NCBI GenBank assembly: GCA_050273025.1
Contig: CP158636.1
Coordinates: 5,766,001 to 5,830,000, forward strand
Direction of reading: 5' to 3'
From: Cenococcum geophilum
Lineage: Eukaryota
Length of the DNA: 64,000 bases
In this document: positions 35,821-49,900 of the stretch, piece by piece
Position numbering within the stretch: the stretch's first letter is position 1
Layout: each line of letters begins with the position of its first letter
Program-made: the position numbers and the translations under genes
Notes under the pieces: model-generated
Databases searched by the model: none
What the model was told of the DNA's origin: nothing
Seen by the model: only the letters and a program-made list of their open reading frames with translations

Positions 35821-37650
35821 CCTCCATCAATTGATACTTGCCTCCATTTTTTTCTAGAGCATCTTCGATTCTCTCCATGACGGCAAGCACTTTTTCTTCC
35901 TCTAACCGCTGACCAACGACTTGAACTGCAACAGGCAGGCCTTCCATCTTTGTCGCGTCGTAATGCATATAAGCACCCTTGGCTACGCCGTTTAGTTTCT
36001 TGAAATTGAATGATGCCGGGAGCTGATCTAGAACCTTGTCGACATGCGTAACGGGGATGATGCCACAAGTGTAGTCAAGCTGCGTGGTCAGTCACGAGGT
36101 CTGATCAAAGAATTCAACCACTTACCAGATTGAACAGAAACGTATAACCACAGCTGCTGACAGCATCTTTCATCCCATCATGCGGCAATGCGGGCGTCGC
36201 ATTTGGCACTGTAATCATGAAATCCATCTTCGCCTCCTCCTGCCACCACGCATGCCATTTAGCTTTGAAGGCCTCTCGCTTACTCACAAGCTGCCAGTTC
36301 TCGAACGCACTCTTCTCATGCCAGTTCCTCAGCAACCCGGCCCAGATATCGTCCCCCCTCACATACTTGACCCAAAGGTAGTATAGGTACTTGATAGGAC
36401 GTGGGAGTTCCATGTAGAATTTCATTTGAGCGGCGCCCGGGTCATTCCATTCGCCTGTGCGGAAGAAGGAGCTGAACATGCGGCAGCCGTCTGCGTTGAG
36501 AAGCTGAGAAGCGATGACAAGTGCCTCGTAGGGAGATGGGGGTGTGATGTCGAACACTTCGTGACCTTCGGAGGAGAGGGCAGAGGAAACTTGTTCAAGG
36601 GCGCGGGCGCAGGCCGGTGAGGGTGTAACGACACCGTCAGTCCTCATAACGCCTACTCTGAACTTCTTCCTCTCTTTGTATTCCGTCTCCACATTATCCC
36701 TCCACTCCAATGGATGCACAGTGTGGTCGTACTTCCAGGGTTTCATCCCGATCAAGCTTCGAGTGAAATATGTCAAGTCATTTAGGGTCCTCGCCATTGG
36801 GCTAAATACGCTAGGAATTCCCTCCTGCCCTGGCATGCTAGTGTTCATCCCCATCTTAGGCCATCTTCCAGTCGAGCAGCGTAGCGAGTAGCAGCCAGAG
36901 AAATGCGCGGGAGCTCGGACAGACCCAGCAACATCAGATCCAATGCCAATACGACTCCCTCCAAAAGCAAGCAGAGCTGCCTCTCCTCCAGTTGACCCTC
37001 CTGGAGAATATTTGTTGTTATGCGGATTTGTGCAGCGGCCCCATACATCGTTGGTAGATTCAAAGGAGAGTAGTGTTGTTGGTAGATTTGTCTTGACGAA
37101 GGGCACAGCGCCTGAAGGACATTAGAGCACTCTCATTGAGTGTAATGATGCGTGACCCACCGGCATCCTTCAGGATTTTCACCATAGCTCCATCATCAGC
37201 CCATGGCTTCCCAGTATTGCAAGAGTACCCAACGCTCGTATCAAATCCCTTGACCGCTATTGAGTCTTTCAACGAGACAGGTATACCAGCAAGCGGACCT
37301 TTGAGATTGATCTCTTTCTCTGCCCATTCCTCTGCTTCAGGAAACAGAATTTCTGTCACACAATTTGTCTTGTTTTGTGCCTCGATAGCCACCTTGCCAT
37401 ATGCTCTGAGAATATCAACGGGCTTGGTGATCTGCTTGTGGACATCTTGGACCAGCTCTTGGATAGGCTTCCCGAGTATTGTGCGTTCTTGCGGTGAAAG
37501 AGGATAGAGGTAGGCTCGAGGCAGGGTGGCAATCTTCGATGCTCGCTCTGCCTGCTTGCGCTGGCTGTGAAGCGATTAGTATGATCATGTGCACGAGAAT
37601 AGTAATACATACCAGTCGCGACGGTGCTGTCGATAGTCTAAGACGCCCAT
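35813..37650 (-). CDS. Amidase signature family protein (acetamidase-like), about 4 exons
   Basis: GPLAGIPVSLKD, KTNLP, SPGGSTGGE, GSDVAGSVRAPA; last exon ...GLPVAVQVVGQRLEEEKVL...MEVE*. Confidence 0.9.
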
Positions 37651-38857
37651 TATTGTTGAACTGAAGGTCTAAGAGTTGGGAGAGCTGTAGAAAGGAGTGA
37701 AAATTCCATTGAGGATTTTCAAGCGTCCCCCATCCTACTCCGGCGGGGAAGCTCGATGCGCGAAGCTTTGACGGCTTTAAGCCGTTAATGTCGAGATCGC
37801 ATGGACTTTCCTAAACGGGGTCCTACGACGTCCGGTGAGAGGGAGCATGTGAGGCGGGACACCTTGCAAATAGCCAAGATGCCTTGCAAACAGCCAAGAT
37901 GCCTTCCAAACATTCTTCTCACTTCTCGAAAGCATCTGAAGCGTGCCAAATCTGACTTTGCTCGTTGCGAACGAACTAATTCTCAGCTTGTTTGAGTCAG
38001 TTAGCCCCCAACGATTAGCAGCACTGAGCAGCTGTGGGTTTGCTGTGCCAGCCTGCTCTCTTCTTCATGCGTGTTTCTTCAGCAACAAGTCTTCGTTCGA
38101 CAATGGAAAAAACCAACACACGCACTAGGCTAGAGTTTCCTATGGAGCCTCACGATTTTCTAAGGATAGCTCCCGCGCGCGATGTTCGGCGCAAGGGGTG
38201 TAGTGGATCGCGGAGGTCGACGAAACATCCGGATCTTCAAATGTCGAGAACTCTCGACAACTCTTACCCAGCGAACAACAAGCTGGTCAATGCGGCTTGC
38301 CAGCATTTTGAGCCGCCTGAGATGCTTAGCATCTGAGTGGCTCCTCAAGATCTGCTGTTACCACTTGGCCAAGCGTTTCGTCATACTGTAGCCGCCCAGT
38401 CACGTCTGTGTCCTTGCGATCAAACTCTCGCCTAGATCGGATATTTTTCGACCATGGCAATAAACGACTCTGATTGGCAAGCCCAGCGACTGCTCGAGAT
38501 ACCATGAAACGAGCATTGATGCTAACAATAATAGAAATCGTTGAGTATTGTGATTGTCGTTTGATCTGTTGAGCAGCTATCTAGATATTTAAGTTGCCTA
38601 AGACGGCTCATGTCTTTCATTATCAACAACTACAACAACTAGCTCATCAAACCATCTCTTGACGAATTTCCTTCCGTCCTTCCTTATAGTCAGATCTTAT
38701 TCTTTCAAAAGTCTTTTGCCAGTGTTTACATTCTCTATATCTGCCGGCAGATCACGATCCGTTCATTGCAACTTAAGCAGTCCTCTGACTATCAATCGTC
38801 TCAACTCCATCCCTTTACCACACATTTTTTAACCGTCAACTTTCAAAACCTTTCACT

Positions 38858-39565
38858 ATGCCTATCCCAGCCTATGGAGCTGCTCCCCTCAGCCAGACCT
38901 TCCTCATTGTGCGAATCATGCAAGTTATTTCCATGATTACAATCGTTGGCATGACGGCCAACTTCGTTTCTGAAATTGTTTCAACGGGCATCGAGCCTCC
39001 TAAAGAATTTGTTGGCACACTTAGTGTGGTATGTTTGCATCTTCTGGACTTTCAGCTTCAATATACTAATAATTCTGATAGACCTGCATTGCCACTCTCT
39101 ATTGTCTTGTCAGCATCGCCTTTTATTGGTCTGAAGCAAATCTTGGTCTTTTTGTCATGTCTGGCGTTGATTCTCTCCTCCTCATCGCCTTTATTGTAGT
39201 CGCGGTTACCGTTGGCAAGCCTCTGTCTTTTCTCAACTGCTACATGATTGGCGCTGCTTCCAAGGAAGCCGATGCGGCTTCAGCTTATGCCTTCACTATG
39301 TCTATTTCTCAGAACTTGAACACGATGGGCTCGAAGTTGGGCCTGGGCAACTGGGCTGGTGCTACCAAAGCGAACTGCTTTGAGACCAAGGCTGTCTGGG
39401 GTTTGAGCATTGCTCTTTGGTAGGTCTAACCTAAAGTCTTCCTCGGCTCCGCTCTGCAATTGCTAACTGTATCACAGCATTCTCTTCACCACCTCCTGCA
39501 TTCTGCTCCCAACCTTGTTCTACAAGAACAAGAAGGCCGGTGCTCCCAAGTCCGTCGAGGTTTAA
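38858..39565 (+). CDS. Four-TM MARVEL-like membrane protein, 3 exons
   Basis: Hydrophobic segments in the ORFs at 38858 and 39157, joined by GT-AG introns; C-terminal CFETKAVWGLSIAL. Confidence 0.7.
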
Positions 39566-40282
39566 ATTAGGCGAATTGGAGGATCAAGGAACCGCCAACC
39601 TACACAGACAAGATAGAGAAAAGGAGCGGCCAGTCAAGGGCACGCGACCACAATAGCAGATAAAAGCATCTGGAGGAGTTTTGGGTTTTGGGTACTGGTT
39701 TTAGTCGGTCATTACAGGGATTTTGGATTTTGTTGCGCGGACATTGACTGTCTCTAATCTAATGAAAATTCTGTGAATCATCGAAAAACTAGAAAGAAAA
39801 AAAGGTTGCGTGCTTTTTAATGATTTACCGTGCTAGCTGCACGTCGTGCTGACGCGAACGTGCGGAGTGAGGAAAAAAGAAAGAGAAAAAAACGATTGGC
39901 GGTGGCCCAAGCTCCCTAAGCTTCATGACTCGAAGCCCCGTTGGTTATCACGAGGGCGGTAGGATCGATACCAACCCTGCGGCTTTCGCAGTGAAGGGCC
40001 CGTGAGGCCCAGCCCTCTGTCCCCGCCCACAAACAAAGGTCATGTATATATCCACCCAGGCTTCAACTCCCCTCTACTTCTCCCATTGGTGTCCCTCAAT
40101 TGTCTCCTCTGCATTCGTCATTTGCCCCCTTCCCCTCGTCAATTGCTAGAGCATTCGTCGTCCGAAAAGCCTCTTCTGCCATTCGCTACCATTTGGCCAG
40201 GACACACTAAAGTCACATTCCACGGCTGGTCTTACGCTGTAGCCGGTAAGCTGTTATAACATCTGCGGGGTCGCCTGCCATC

Positions 40283-42169
40283 ATGTCGCTAGTCGAGCGT
40301 TTGAGCGCCATGGAGGAGTACGAGCCGTGGAGCAGAGAGCAGAGTCCCAGCGGCAGGCAGAGAAAGCTCAGTTTCAACCCTGTTGGGAGCTGGGTGCCAC
40401 CCGCTGCGCACGAGGAGCCTGTGGGTGCCTTCGAGGTATCCAAGTCGAAGAGGTTATGTGAGTGTTTAGTGATCTTCACCACCGTGTCCGCATGCTGATG
40501 AAAAAACAGTGCAGGTGTTCTTCGCAGTGATATACTGTCTCTTCGCCGCTGGAATCGTCTTCGGCTATGCCGCCATTAAGCCCGTCCTTATAAAAGAACA
40601 GGTTTACCGCAAATACTGTACGCAGAAGGAGCTAGATAAGAATGTACGAGTATGTTATGAGCAGGAGATACGGTCAGTGCCTTCAATGCGTCGAGTAATG
40701 CAGGACAATGGCTGACACAACGCTTTGCATAGGCTCAATTTCATGTTCACCGTCGCCGCCGTCTCTACTAACGTCGTCGCGCTCCCTGTGGGTACAATCC
40801 TCGACTATTATGGGCCACGTGTGAGCGGTATAATCGGCTCTTTCTTCATTGCCATCGGCTGCCTCTTCTTCGCTTTCGCGTGGCAGCTCCCTTTCGATGG
40901 CTACATCTCAGGCTACCTATTCCTAGCCCTGGGAGGTCCCTTCATATTCATATCCTCCTTCCAGCTCAGCAATACCTTCCCTCAATACTCAGGATTGATT
41001 CTGGCACTTCTCACTGGTGCATTCGATACATCTAGTGCTATATTCCTCTTCTATAGATTAATCTATGAGGCCAGTGGCCGGACCTTCTGGCCCAAAAAGT
41101 TCTTTCTAGTTTATCTCGTCGTCCCAGTCTTCACCCTAATAGTCCAGCTCTTAGTCATGCCCTCAGCCTCCTACAAAACTGTTGGAGAGCTCGTCACACA
41201 GGCCGAAGACGAAGCACTTGACGAACATGAGTCCGACTCCGACATCGACGACCCAGAACTGGTCCGACAATTACGTGAGACGCGCCGCGTACATCGCGAG
41301 AGCATCATCAGCGAAATCACGTCGCTGCTAGGGAGCAAAGACGCGTCCGAGCAGACAAAGAAGGAAGAAAAGAAGAAAAATGTTTCAGGTGTCTGGGGTG
41401 CTCTTCATGGTCACACCGCGCTCGAGCAGATCAAGAGCCCGTGGTTCATCCTGATCACCCTCTTCACCGTAGTGCAGATGACACGCATCAACTACTTCGT
41501 CGCCACGATCCGGCCGCAGTACGAATACCTGCTCGGCGATTACACGAAGGCCGTCCAGATCAACAACTTCTTTGACGTCGCGCTCCCGCTCGGCGGCGTC
41601 ATTTCCGTCCCCTTCATCGGCATGATCCTGGATCACACTAGCACGCCCTTCTGCCTCGCACTCCTGGTTACCGTCGCCACTATGATTGGCATCTTGGGCG
41701 TGATACCGCAAACCTGGGCCGCGTACACGAACGTGTGTCTATTCGTCATCTACCGCCCACTCTACTACACCACCGTTTCGTAAGCCCTCCTCTGCTCTTG
41801 TCTCCTCCCTCACACCCCAAAAACAACCAACTAACCCCACTCCGCAGCGACTACGCCGCCAAAGTCTTCGGCTTCGCCACCTTCGGCAAAGTCTACGGCC
41901 TGATCATCTGCCTGGCCGGCCTGTTCAACTTCTCGCAGTCTGCTCTCGACGCCATGACGCACCGCCTCTTCGCCAGCAACCCGGTCCCGGCCAACCTGCT
42001 CCTGCTCGGCCTGGCCCTCGTCATCGGCGTCGCGCTCGTCACGTACGTCTGGCGCAAGAGCCACAGTATCCATCGCGAGAACATCGAGGAGGAGGCCGAG
42101 GGCGCACGCGAGGTCCTCATGCCCGGCGTTATGGCCAATGGGAGCTATGGGGCATTGGGCAGGGATTAG
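40283..42169 (+). CDS. MFS transporter, FMP42/SLC43(LAT3)-like, 4 exons
   Basis: AGIVFGYAAIKPVL, PVGTILDYYGPR, LTGAFDTSS, QMTRINYFVATI, YRPLYYT, FGFATFGKVYG. Confidence 0.88.
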
Positions 42170-42723
42170 AGTGATGCGGTTCGGTTGCGCATAAAGTGGG
42201 AAATGGGGAGGGAGAGGAGGTTTGTTTGCGGTGTTGGAGTTTGCATCGTCCAGCGCTGGTCATTGCAAGGCGTTCTTGGAACGTGCATTGCGCGTGCTTT
42301 TTGGATTGTTGTGTGCGTGCAGTATACCTTTTCGCAAAGACTGTGTCCTTCCGTTTTCTGTGGATCGAGATTGCATTTGGGTAGCTATCTATTTTTATAT
42401 ATGTGGTTTAGTTGCGAGATATGATGGTGGATATAGGGGGCATAGCGGGAAGAGGGAAGGATGGCAAAAGCGGGCGTTGGTTGTATATGATGGAAACGCT
42501 GTATATATCAAAATATATGTATGCATCGAATAAATTTGCCAAATGCAGTCTACGGAATCGGGTATCCATCTACTCTCCAAGTCTGCGATAGATCTACTAT
42601 AACCCAGCGTAAAATTCACAAAGCCCACGCCACTAACCTTCCAATAGCGGCAGCGCAGATCTCCCGCATGCTCTATCCTCTCTATCCCTTCGCTACCCTC
42701 CCCTCCTCAACCCAACCCTATAA

Positions 42724-44188
42724 CTACAACTTCCCCCTCTCCCACCCCTCCCCGAACACCTCCCCGGCCCTCTTAACATCCACATCCCGCGGCCCCTCCT
42801 TCTGAAACCTCGTCATAACAACCCACTCCCTAACGCCCCTCCTCTCCCGCCCCACCATCCCCGCCTCCTCCCCCGCCTGATCCAGCCTCAGCACCGTCAT
42901 CGTCCCCTTCCCATCCCCATACTGCCCCGGACCTAACACAACAGGGCTAATACAGGCGTCCGCCCAGCTCGGCTCGGGCGTCCCACCCACCGCGCTCGGC
43001 GCCGCGAGGAACTCCTCCAGCGCTTCGCGCTCGGCGGCCAGCGCGGCGCGCGGCGGGATCGGGCATGTGGCGGAGGTGAGCGTCGTGCCGAGGTGGGGGG
43101 ATAGCAGCGAGAGGAGGAAGAACTGGGGCGGGAAGAGGATTATGCGGTTCGAGCGCGCGAGGGAGAGCCATTTGGCTGCGGGGAGGAAGCGCGCGGCGGT
43201 GTGTTCGAGGCCGCCGTCGGGGGTCGGGGTTGGGATGACGACTTCGTCGGTTTCGGCGGAGAGGGAGCTGGCGCTGGGTCTGGAGCTGGAGCTGGAGCTG
43301 GAGCTAGTGGTGGGGAGGGGCAAGAAGTAGAGGTACATTTGCGTAGTAAAGCGTTTTGGGACGTTGGGGGGTGTGATCCAGCGCGTGAAGGGGATGAGGG
43401 CGTCTGGGAGGTGTTAGCACGCGGGGAGCAAGCTGGCTGCAATTGGGAGGTCGCCTCGAGAACAATGTTCGGGCATGGGCGTGCGCACCTGTGTCTGCTA
43501 CCCCTCCCTTCTCTGCTAGCCACTCTGTAAACTTAACCTTCCCGCCATGCACTGCTTTCCTGCCCTCCTCCCGCTCCTTGTCCCCCAGCTCCGTTAGTAG
43601 CCTTCCCGTCTTCTTGTTCTTCGCCAGCAGAATCCCGCTCTCCTCAAAGGTCTCCCGGATCGCGGCTAGCCGGTACGCCTCACCGTCCTCATGTCGCAGC
43701 GGCGAGTCCGGCGCGGGGATCTCGCCGTCGTGCTTGGCGGAGAGGGTGCCGCCGGGGAAGACATGTGCGGAGGGGAAGGATGAGGATGTCCGCACGCGGT
43801 GGAGTAGCAGGATCTGGTTTGTCGGCGATATCAGGAGGACGCTGGCGTCTATCAGCATGTATCGGAGAGCTTTTGTTTGGGGGAAGCGGACGTACCTAGA
43901 GCTTGGTCGTGGAGACGGAGTCACCTTGGGAGGGTTCTTGAGCGGTGTGTGGTCACTAGCGCGACTCATAGCTCTGTGCCGAGTGTAGTATGCTTTATTT
44001 TGACAATATTTAGAACTCCTAGTAGGAGATGCTACGGTTCGGCGAGAGGCTGTAGAGAGCTGTCGCTTAGGTGGTAAAGAGGTTTTGAATGGCTTCAATT
44101 GAATGGATAGCAGTTTGCAAGCGTTGGATAGTTCATGACAAGTAATGCTGGTCTGGAGGAGGGTCTGGGAAAGGCGGAGCACCAGCAT
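42724..44188 (-). CDS. NUDIX hydrolase, NUDT19-like
   Basis: SFPSAHVFPGG, AAIRETFEESGILL, PFTRWITP, MYLYFLP, IILFPPQF. The start could be 44188 (targeting-peptide-like) or 43969. Confidence 0.85.
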
Positions 44189-44486
44189 AGTCAGCCGACT
44201 TACGGTATTTGAATTGTTTGGAGGTGGCCATGTTGATGTTGAAGGTCCGACGCGGGGGATTAAACGTGCCAAGGTTGGAAGACATCGCCCATCTGACGGC
44301 ATATTGCATGAGTCAAGGAGCATCGAGCATTGTCAATAGTTTATGAATACTACAGAATAATTTTCTCACAGTGGGTGAAGTTGGTATCATAACCGTCTAA
44401 GTGCATTTCTTCAAATCTCATCCAGGACATCAAAGTCAATTCCCAATACCACCAGCAACGCCAATCTAGTAGGCAAATATAAAATT

Positions 44487-46396
44487 TTAAGAATAGAGCT
44501 TCTTGTCGAAGCTGTGCAGGCCATGGACATTACCTTCAGCCTGTGCACTGACAGTTCTCAGCTCAAATCTAACGGTACCATCAGCAACACCTTGTCTAAG
44601 CTCATTAAGACTCTTCACGCCGATATCCTGGAGTGAATGCTGAACGCCAGCCATGAGATACGGAACAAATTTCGTGATGGATCCTCGGTCAAGCACAGAT
44701 CCGGACACACCTTGAGCTACGAGGAGGCGGTCGCCCTCGGAGAAATACCGCGCAGTTCCAGCATTGCTGGACTTTGCGTTCTTGCTTCCAGCGCTAGCTT
44801 TCTTGTCTTCCATGGCATCAATACTGCCCATACCACGATATGCCTTGACGAGCTGACCCTCATGGCTGACAAAGTACTGGCCTGGAGACTCGGTGGTTCC
44901 AGCAAGGAGACCACCCATCATCACCGTTGTTGCACCCAGCGCAAGACCCTTGACAATGTGACCAACGTTTTGGATACCGCCATCAGCAATGCAAGGCACT
45001 CCGAAACGCTTGGCAAACTGCGTGACGTTGTAGACCGACGCAGCTTGAGGCCGGCCGACAGCCATAACTTCTTGAGTTATGCAAGCACTGCCGCTTCCCA
45101 TACCTATACGCAGTCCGTCCACGCCAGCAGCAATAAGAGAGGCAGCTTGCTCGCGTGTGACAACGTTGCCACCAATAACATCGAGACCAGGATACTTCTC
45201 CTTAATGTACTTGATCATCTCAATTTGGTAGATGCTATTTCCTTGGCTGCTGTCAAGGATTACAATATCCAAGCCAGCATCAACTAGTTTCTGTAGTCTG
45301 TCCTTGTCTTCAGGACGGGTACCAATCGCGGCTGCCGAAATAAGTTGCTTAGAGTGTGGCAATTTGGAGGCAAGTGGATAATAAAGATTCTTCATAAGAT
45401 CCGAGCGAGAGAGTAGCGCGACGAGATTGCCCTGATCATCAATAATTGGCAGTTTACCCTTCTTAGACCTGCTAAGAAGATCGTTGGCCTCCCTGAGAGT
45501 TATACCTTGACGAGCAGTCACCAGGTCGGTGGACATAACAGCTGTAACAGGGTCATCGAGTTCACCGTGGAACTGGATATCTCGAGGGGTGATTATGCCA
45601 ACTAGTTTAGATCTTAGAGTGCCATTCTCTGTTATTTGACGGGTCAGCAAACGTTTACAGCAAAGTGGTTATGCAACTGAGACTCGAAATATGTTTTTCA
45701 GACAGAAATCTCCTTAAGTTCCACAGCACGACGATGTCGCTACGGATGAACGAAAGTTATAAAAGGGCATGAATTTAGTCATCACAAAATTTCACCCGCA
45801 AAAGGGTTTGAGAAGAATATAAGACCGGTGGTTTCTTACCTGTAACTGGGAAGCCTCCAAATCCCCACGTCTCCTTCAGTGCCTTGGCTTCTCCAACAGT
45901 TGTTTTTGGCGAAATAACCACTGGGTCAAGGATGAAGCCGTTCTCGAAACGCTTCACCTTGCGCACCATCTCTGCCTGCTCATCCGCGGAGCAATTATGG
46001 TGGATTACACCTAATCCACCTAGTAAAGCAATATGTATAGCCATGGAATGTTCGGTCACGGTGTCCATAGGGGAGGACAAGAAGGGAGTCTTAAGAGTAA
46101 TTCGCTTGGTAACCGGCGTATCGAGGGTAACATCAGAAGCAGGAAAGCCTGTACAGAATAATGTTAGCTTGAGCTACACCGGTATTCCAGCTGCGCCCGA
46201 ATGATATACCGATGTAGCCCGGCAGAACAAGGAAATCGTTGTAAGTGAGGCCCCCATTGGCGCGCGAATCTGTGAGAGTCTTGATATCGATGCCATCGCG
46301 CTCAGGGTATTCATTCTTAAGCACATCCAGAGCAGCGGCGTAATCCAGGACTTTGGTGTTAGAGTCCGCCATGGGGTCTCCGTTAAGGATAGCCAT
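44487..46396 (-). CDS. imdA: Inosine-5'-monophosphate dehydrogenase, 3 exons
   Basis: [24 protein letters not shown] domains, [11 protein letters not shown] (catalytic Cys), [19 protein letters not shown]. Confidence 0.97.
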
Positions 46397-46966
46397 TATG
46401 GACTATAGAGAGAGGGCTTCTCGCAGAATACGAAGAAGCGAAGAAGGGTAGACTTAAAGAAACAGACGACAGTTCTTTGTAGGAAACTTGCCGACGGGGA
46501 GAAGAAGAGTCTTTTCCCAAGAGAAAAGAAGAGAAAAAGATTTCAAGTATGGCCCCGCGAAAGTTTTGTGCGGTAGCGCGCCTCCCCTGTCATTTTTCGG
46601 CGCTAATCGGCTTTGTTGCCCAGCGACGAAGAAACCCACAACAAACGAAGGAAACGCATCTCTACAACCGAGGCGGGGACTGCTCAATCTTCGTGTTTTC
46701 GACGGCGCTTTCAATCTTCACAATTCGCATTCCTCATCTCTTCGATTATCTGCAGCGCTAGCATCGCAGCACCCTATTTCGGAATTTTTGGAAAACTTCT
46801 GATCAATTCGATACTGCGAATTTGACGCGGATCCTTTTCATTTAACATCACGGCCCTAATATCGGCCTCTTGAGCCTCATTCACATAATTCCTCCCTAGC
46901 TCCCATCGATTCCGTACGACGTATGTCACGGCAGCTGATATTTGACGAAAACCTCACACACTTGTG

Positions 46967-49900
46967 ATGGCCATGACCTACCAATACACTCCTCGCACGA
47001 AGCTGGGCCATCTAGCTACTTCACCAAGTCCTCTACGTCACGCGTCAAATGTCTCCTCTAACTCTTCGGCATACTCCAACTTATCAAATCCCTATCCGCC
47101 GAGCCGTACAAGCACGGTATCGTCAAATGGATCCAGCAACTACCAATATCCGGCCGTTGGGCATAAGCGTGGCCTGAGTGAAGCCACCGGGTTATCACAT
47201 CCACGCACGGAAAGCTACTTCGGGTCTGAAGATGCCAATCCTTCTGGTACCTACAAAAGCATGCGACAATCATTAAGACCGCTTCCTCAGGCGCCGGCAA
47301 GCCCTCCAATTGCTTCTGAAAAGAGCGAATACCGGTCGCATAGTCCGTCTCCATCGAATAGCCCATCGCATAGCCGGTCACATAGCGTCGAACCTGTCAG
47401 ATACTCTCAATACGATGGCTCTGTATCGCCTCCTCCGAAATCTCGCCCGCTTTCCATGGCTATTTCTCGATCGGATTCGATTCGCGCTCCTACCCACGAT
47501 AGATCTGCACGCCATGGCGGAAACCCTTCTCATCTCGAGAGGCCGGACTTGCAGATGTTTGGCAAATCTTCCACTGGACATTTGAGGACGTTATCAAAGT
47601 TCGCAGAAAATGTTTCGGGAGATGACTTCACGATCGCATCTCCAGAGCAAGAAGTTGTCGGGTTACATGGGCGCAGGAGACTACAACGCACAATGTCAAG
47701 TCGAGGGAAGAAATCGCCATCGTCCGCGGGATGGGGAAACAGGAACTGGATGGACCAGCAACGCCAGTTTTTACAAGCGTACGAATATCTTTGTCATATT
47801 GGTGAAGCAAAAGAGTGGATAGAAGACATTATCAACAAACAAATTCCCCCGATTGTACAAATGGAAGAAGCACTCCGAGATGGTGTAACCTTAGCAGAGA
47901 TTGTACAGGCCATAAACCCAGAGAGACCAGTCCGAATATTCCGGCATCCAAAACTTCAATTTCGACACTCTGACAACATTGCGCTGTTTTTCCGGTTCCT
48001 GGCCGAGGCTGAATTACCAGAGCTATTCCGATTCGAGCTTGTGGATCTCTATGAGAAAAAGAACATTCCTAAGGTCATCTACTGTATACACGCATTGTCA
48101 TGGCTTCTTTTCCGAAAAGGCATTGTCGATTTTCGCATTGGAAATCTTGTTGGCCAGCTTCAATTCGAGGACCACGAACTCGAGGCAATGCAGAAAGGAT
48201 TGGATAAGGCTGGTATTAGCATGCCTAACTTTTCCGGAATGGGAGCAAACTTTGGTGCGGAACCTGAGCCGGAGCCTGAAGAATCTGAAGAAGATCGCAT
48301 CCACCGAGAACTTTCTGAAAATGAGGCTACGGTACTTGATCTACAGGCCCAGATTCGAGGGGCATTAGTTAGAATTCGCCTTGGAAACATGATGCAACAG
48401 CTTTGGGACGTGGAAGACAGCATCGTTGATTTACAGTCCGGGATAAGAGGTGACTGGGCTAGACAAATTATCCAATACCGGATGGATATGAGGCGTTTCG
48501 CAGTCAATCTTCAAAGTGCCGTGAGAGGATTTCTTGTACGATCAAGATTACGGGGAGAAGAAGAGTTCTGGAGAGACAAAGAAAAGGATGTTGTGATTGT
48601 CCAGAACCTCTTCCGAGCACGAAAAGCTAGAGCAGAAGTGCAGTATATAAAGTCAAAAATTCATCGACAAGAGAACGGTATCCGAAAGTTCCAAGCTGCG
48701 ATCCGAGGAGCGTTGAAGAGAATGCAAGCCGGAGATCAATACGAGCAAACAAGAGAAGCAGAAGCCAGCGTTCAACACCTACAGGCCCTAATTCGAGGTG
48801 CCTTAATGCGACGGAAGATCGACCAACAATACGCCGAAATGAAAGAATCTGAATCCGGAATTGCTCTTCTTCAAGCTACTGCACGAGGAATGCTTCTACG
48901 CCAATCAATGCGAACGGATCAATCTAACCTGCGTCAACATGAATCAATGATCACTTTATTGCAGGCTTCTGCTAGAGGATTGCTTGCAAGAAGACAAAAA
49001 GCAGAGATCGAAGAAAAGTTGGTAAGCAGGAACCTCAATTGGTCCGACTTTCAGGCTCAAATTCGAGGCAACGCTCTGAGAAACTCCCTTCAGCAAGTGA
49101 AGGAAGCGCTCCAGGCAGGGTCGTCCCAAATCATTACCTTGCAAGCTGCATCAAGGGGCGCCCAGCTTCGCAAAGAAGTTGCAGCAACTCTGGAGGCATT
49201 AAATCAGCAAGAGAATTCCATTACTCTGTTGCAGTCCTCAGTGCGAGGCTTTCTCTCACGCCAGAGATATTTCTCTGATCTCAAAGCGTTGCAGGCACAG
49301 ACTCCAACAATCATTGACCTCCAGTCAGCCTGTCGAGGTTTCACGGAGCGTCAACGGACGTATGAGCTCTTGTGTGAGCTCAATACTCACGAACCGGAGG
49401 TTGTTGATCTACAGAGTGCGGCTAGAGGAATGCTCCTCAGGATGGAGGTTGGCGCACTTCTAGCACAGCTTGAAGTTCATGAGGATGCCATTGTCGAGTT
49501 ACAGGCTTTTGCAAGGAGAATGATCGTCCGGAGAAGATTTACGGAGAAGAGGAAGTTCTATCAGCAGAATATGGAAAAGGTCATCAAACTTCAGAGCTTT
49601 GTTCGCGGAAGGCAACAAGGCGAAGCATACAAGAGCTTGACAAGCGGCAAGAATCCTCCGGTCGGAACGATCAAGAACTTTGTTCATTTACTCAACGATA
49701 GTGATTTCGATTTTGATGAAGAGATTGGTAAGAGTACCCTTGTGCGCAATTTTATGATAGCATTGCTGATACAAGATAGAGTTTGAACGCCTACGGAAGA
49801 CCGTCGTTCAACACGTACGTCAGAACGAAATGGCTGAGCAATATATCGATCAACTCGATATTAAAATTGCCCTTCTCGTAAAGAACAAGATTACCCTGGA

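Noticed and set aside
43279..43306. (CTGGAG)n microsatellite
   Set aside because: It simply encodes a poly-Ser linker in the NUDIX protein.
44487..46396. IMPDH as a mycophenolate self-resistance gene in a biosynthetic cluster
   Set aside because: It has KAYRGMG (Tyr, ordinary IMPDH-A type), its neighbours are housekeeping genes, and no PKS is present.
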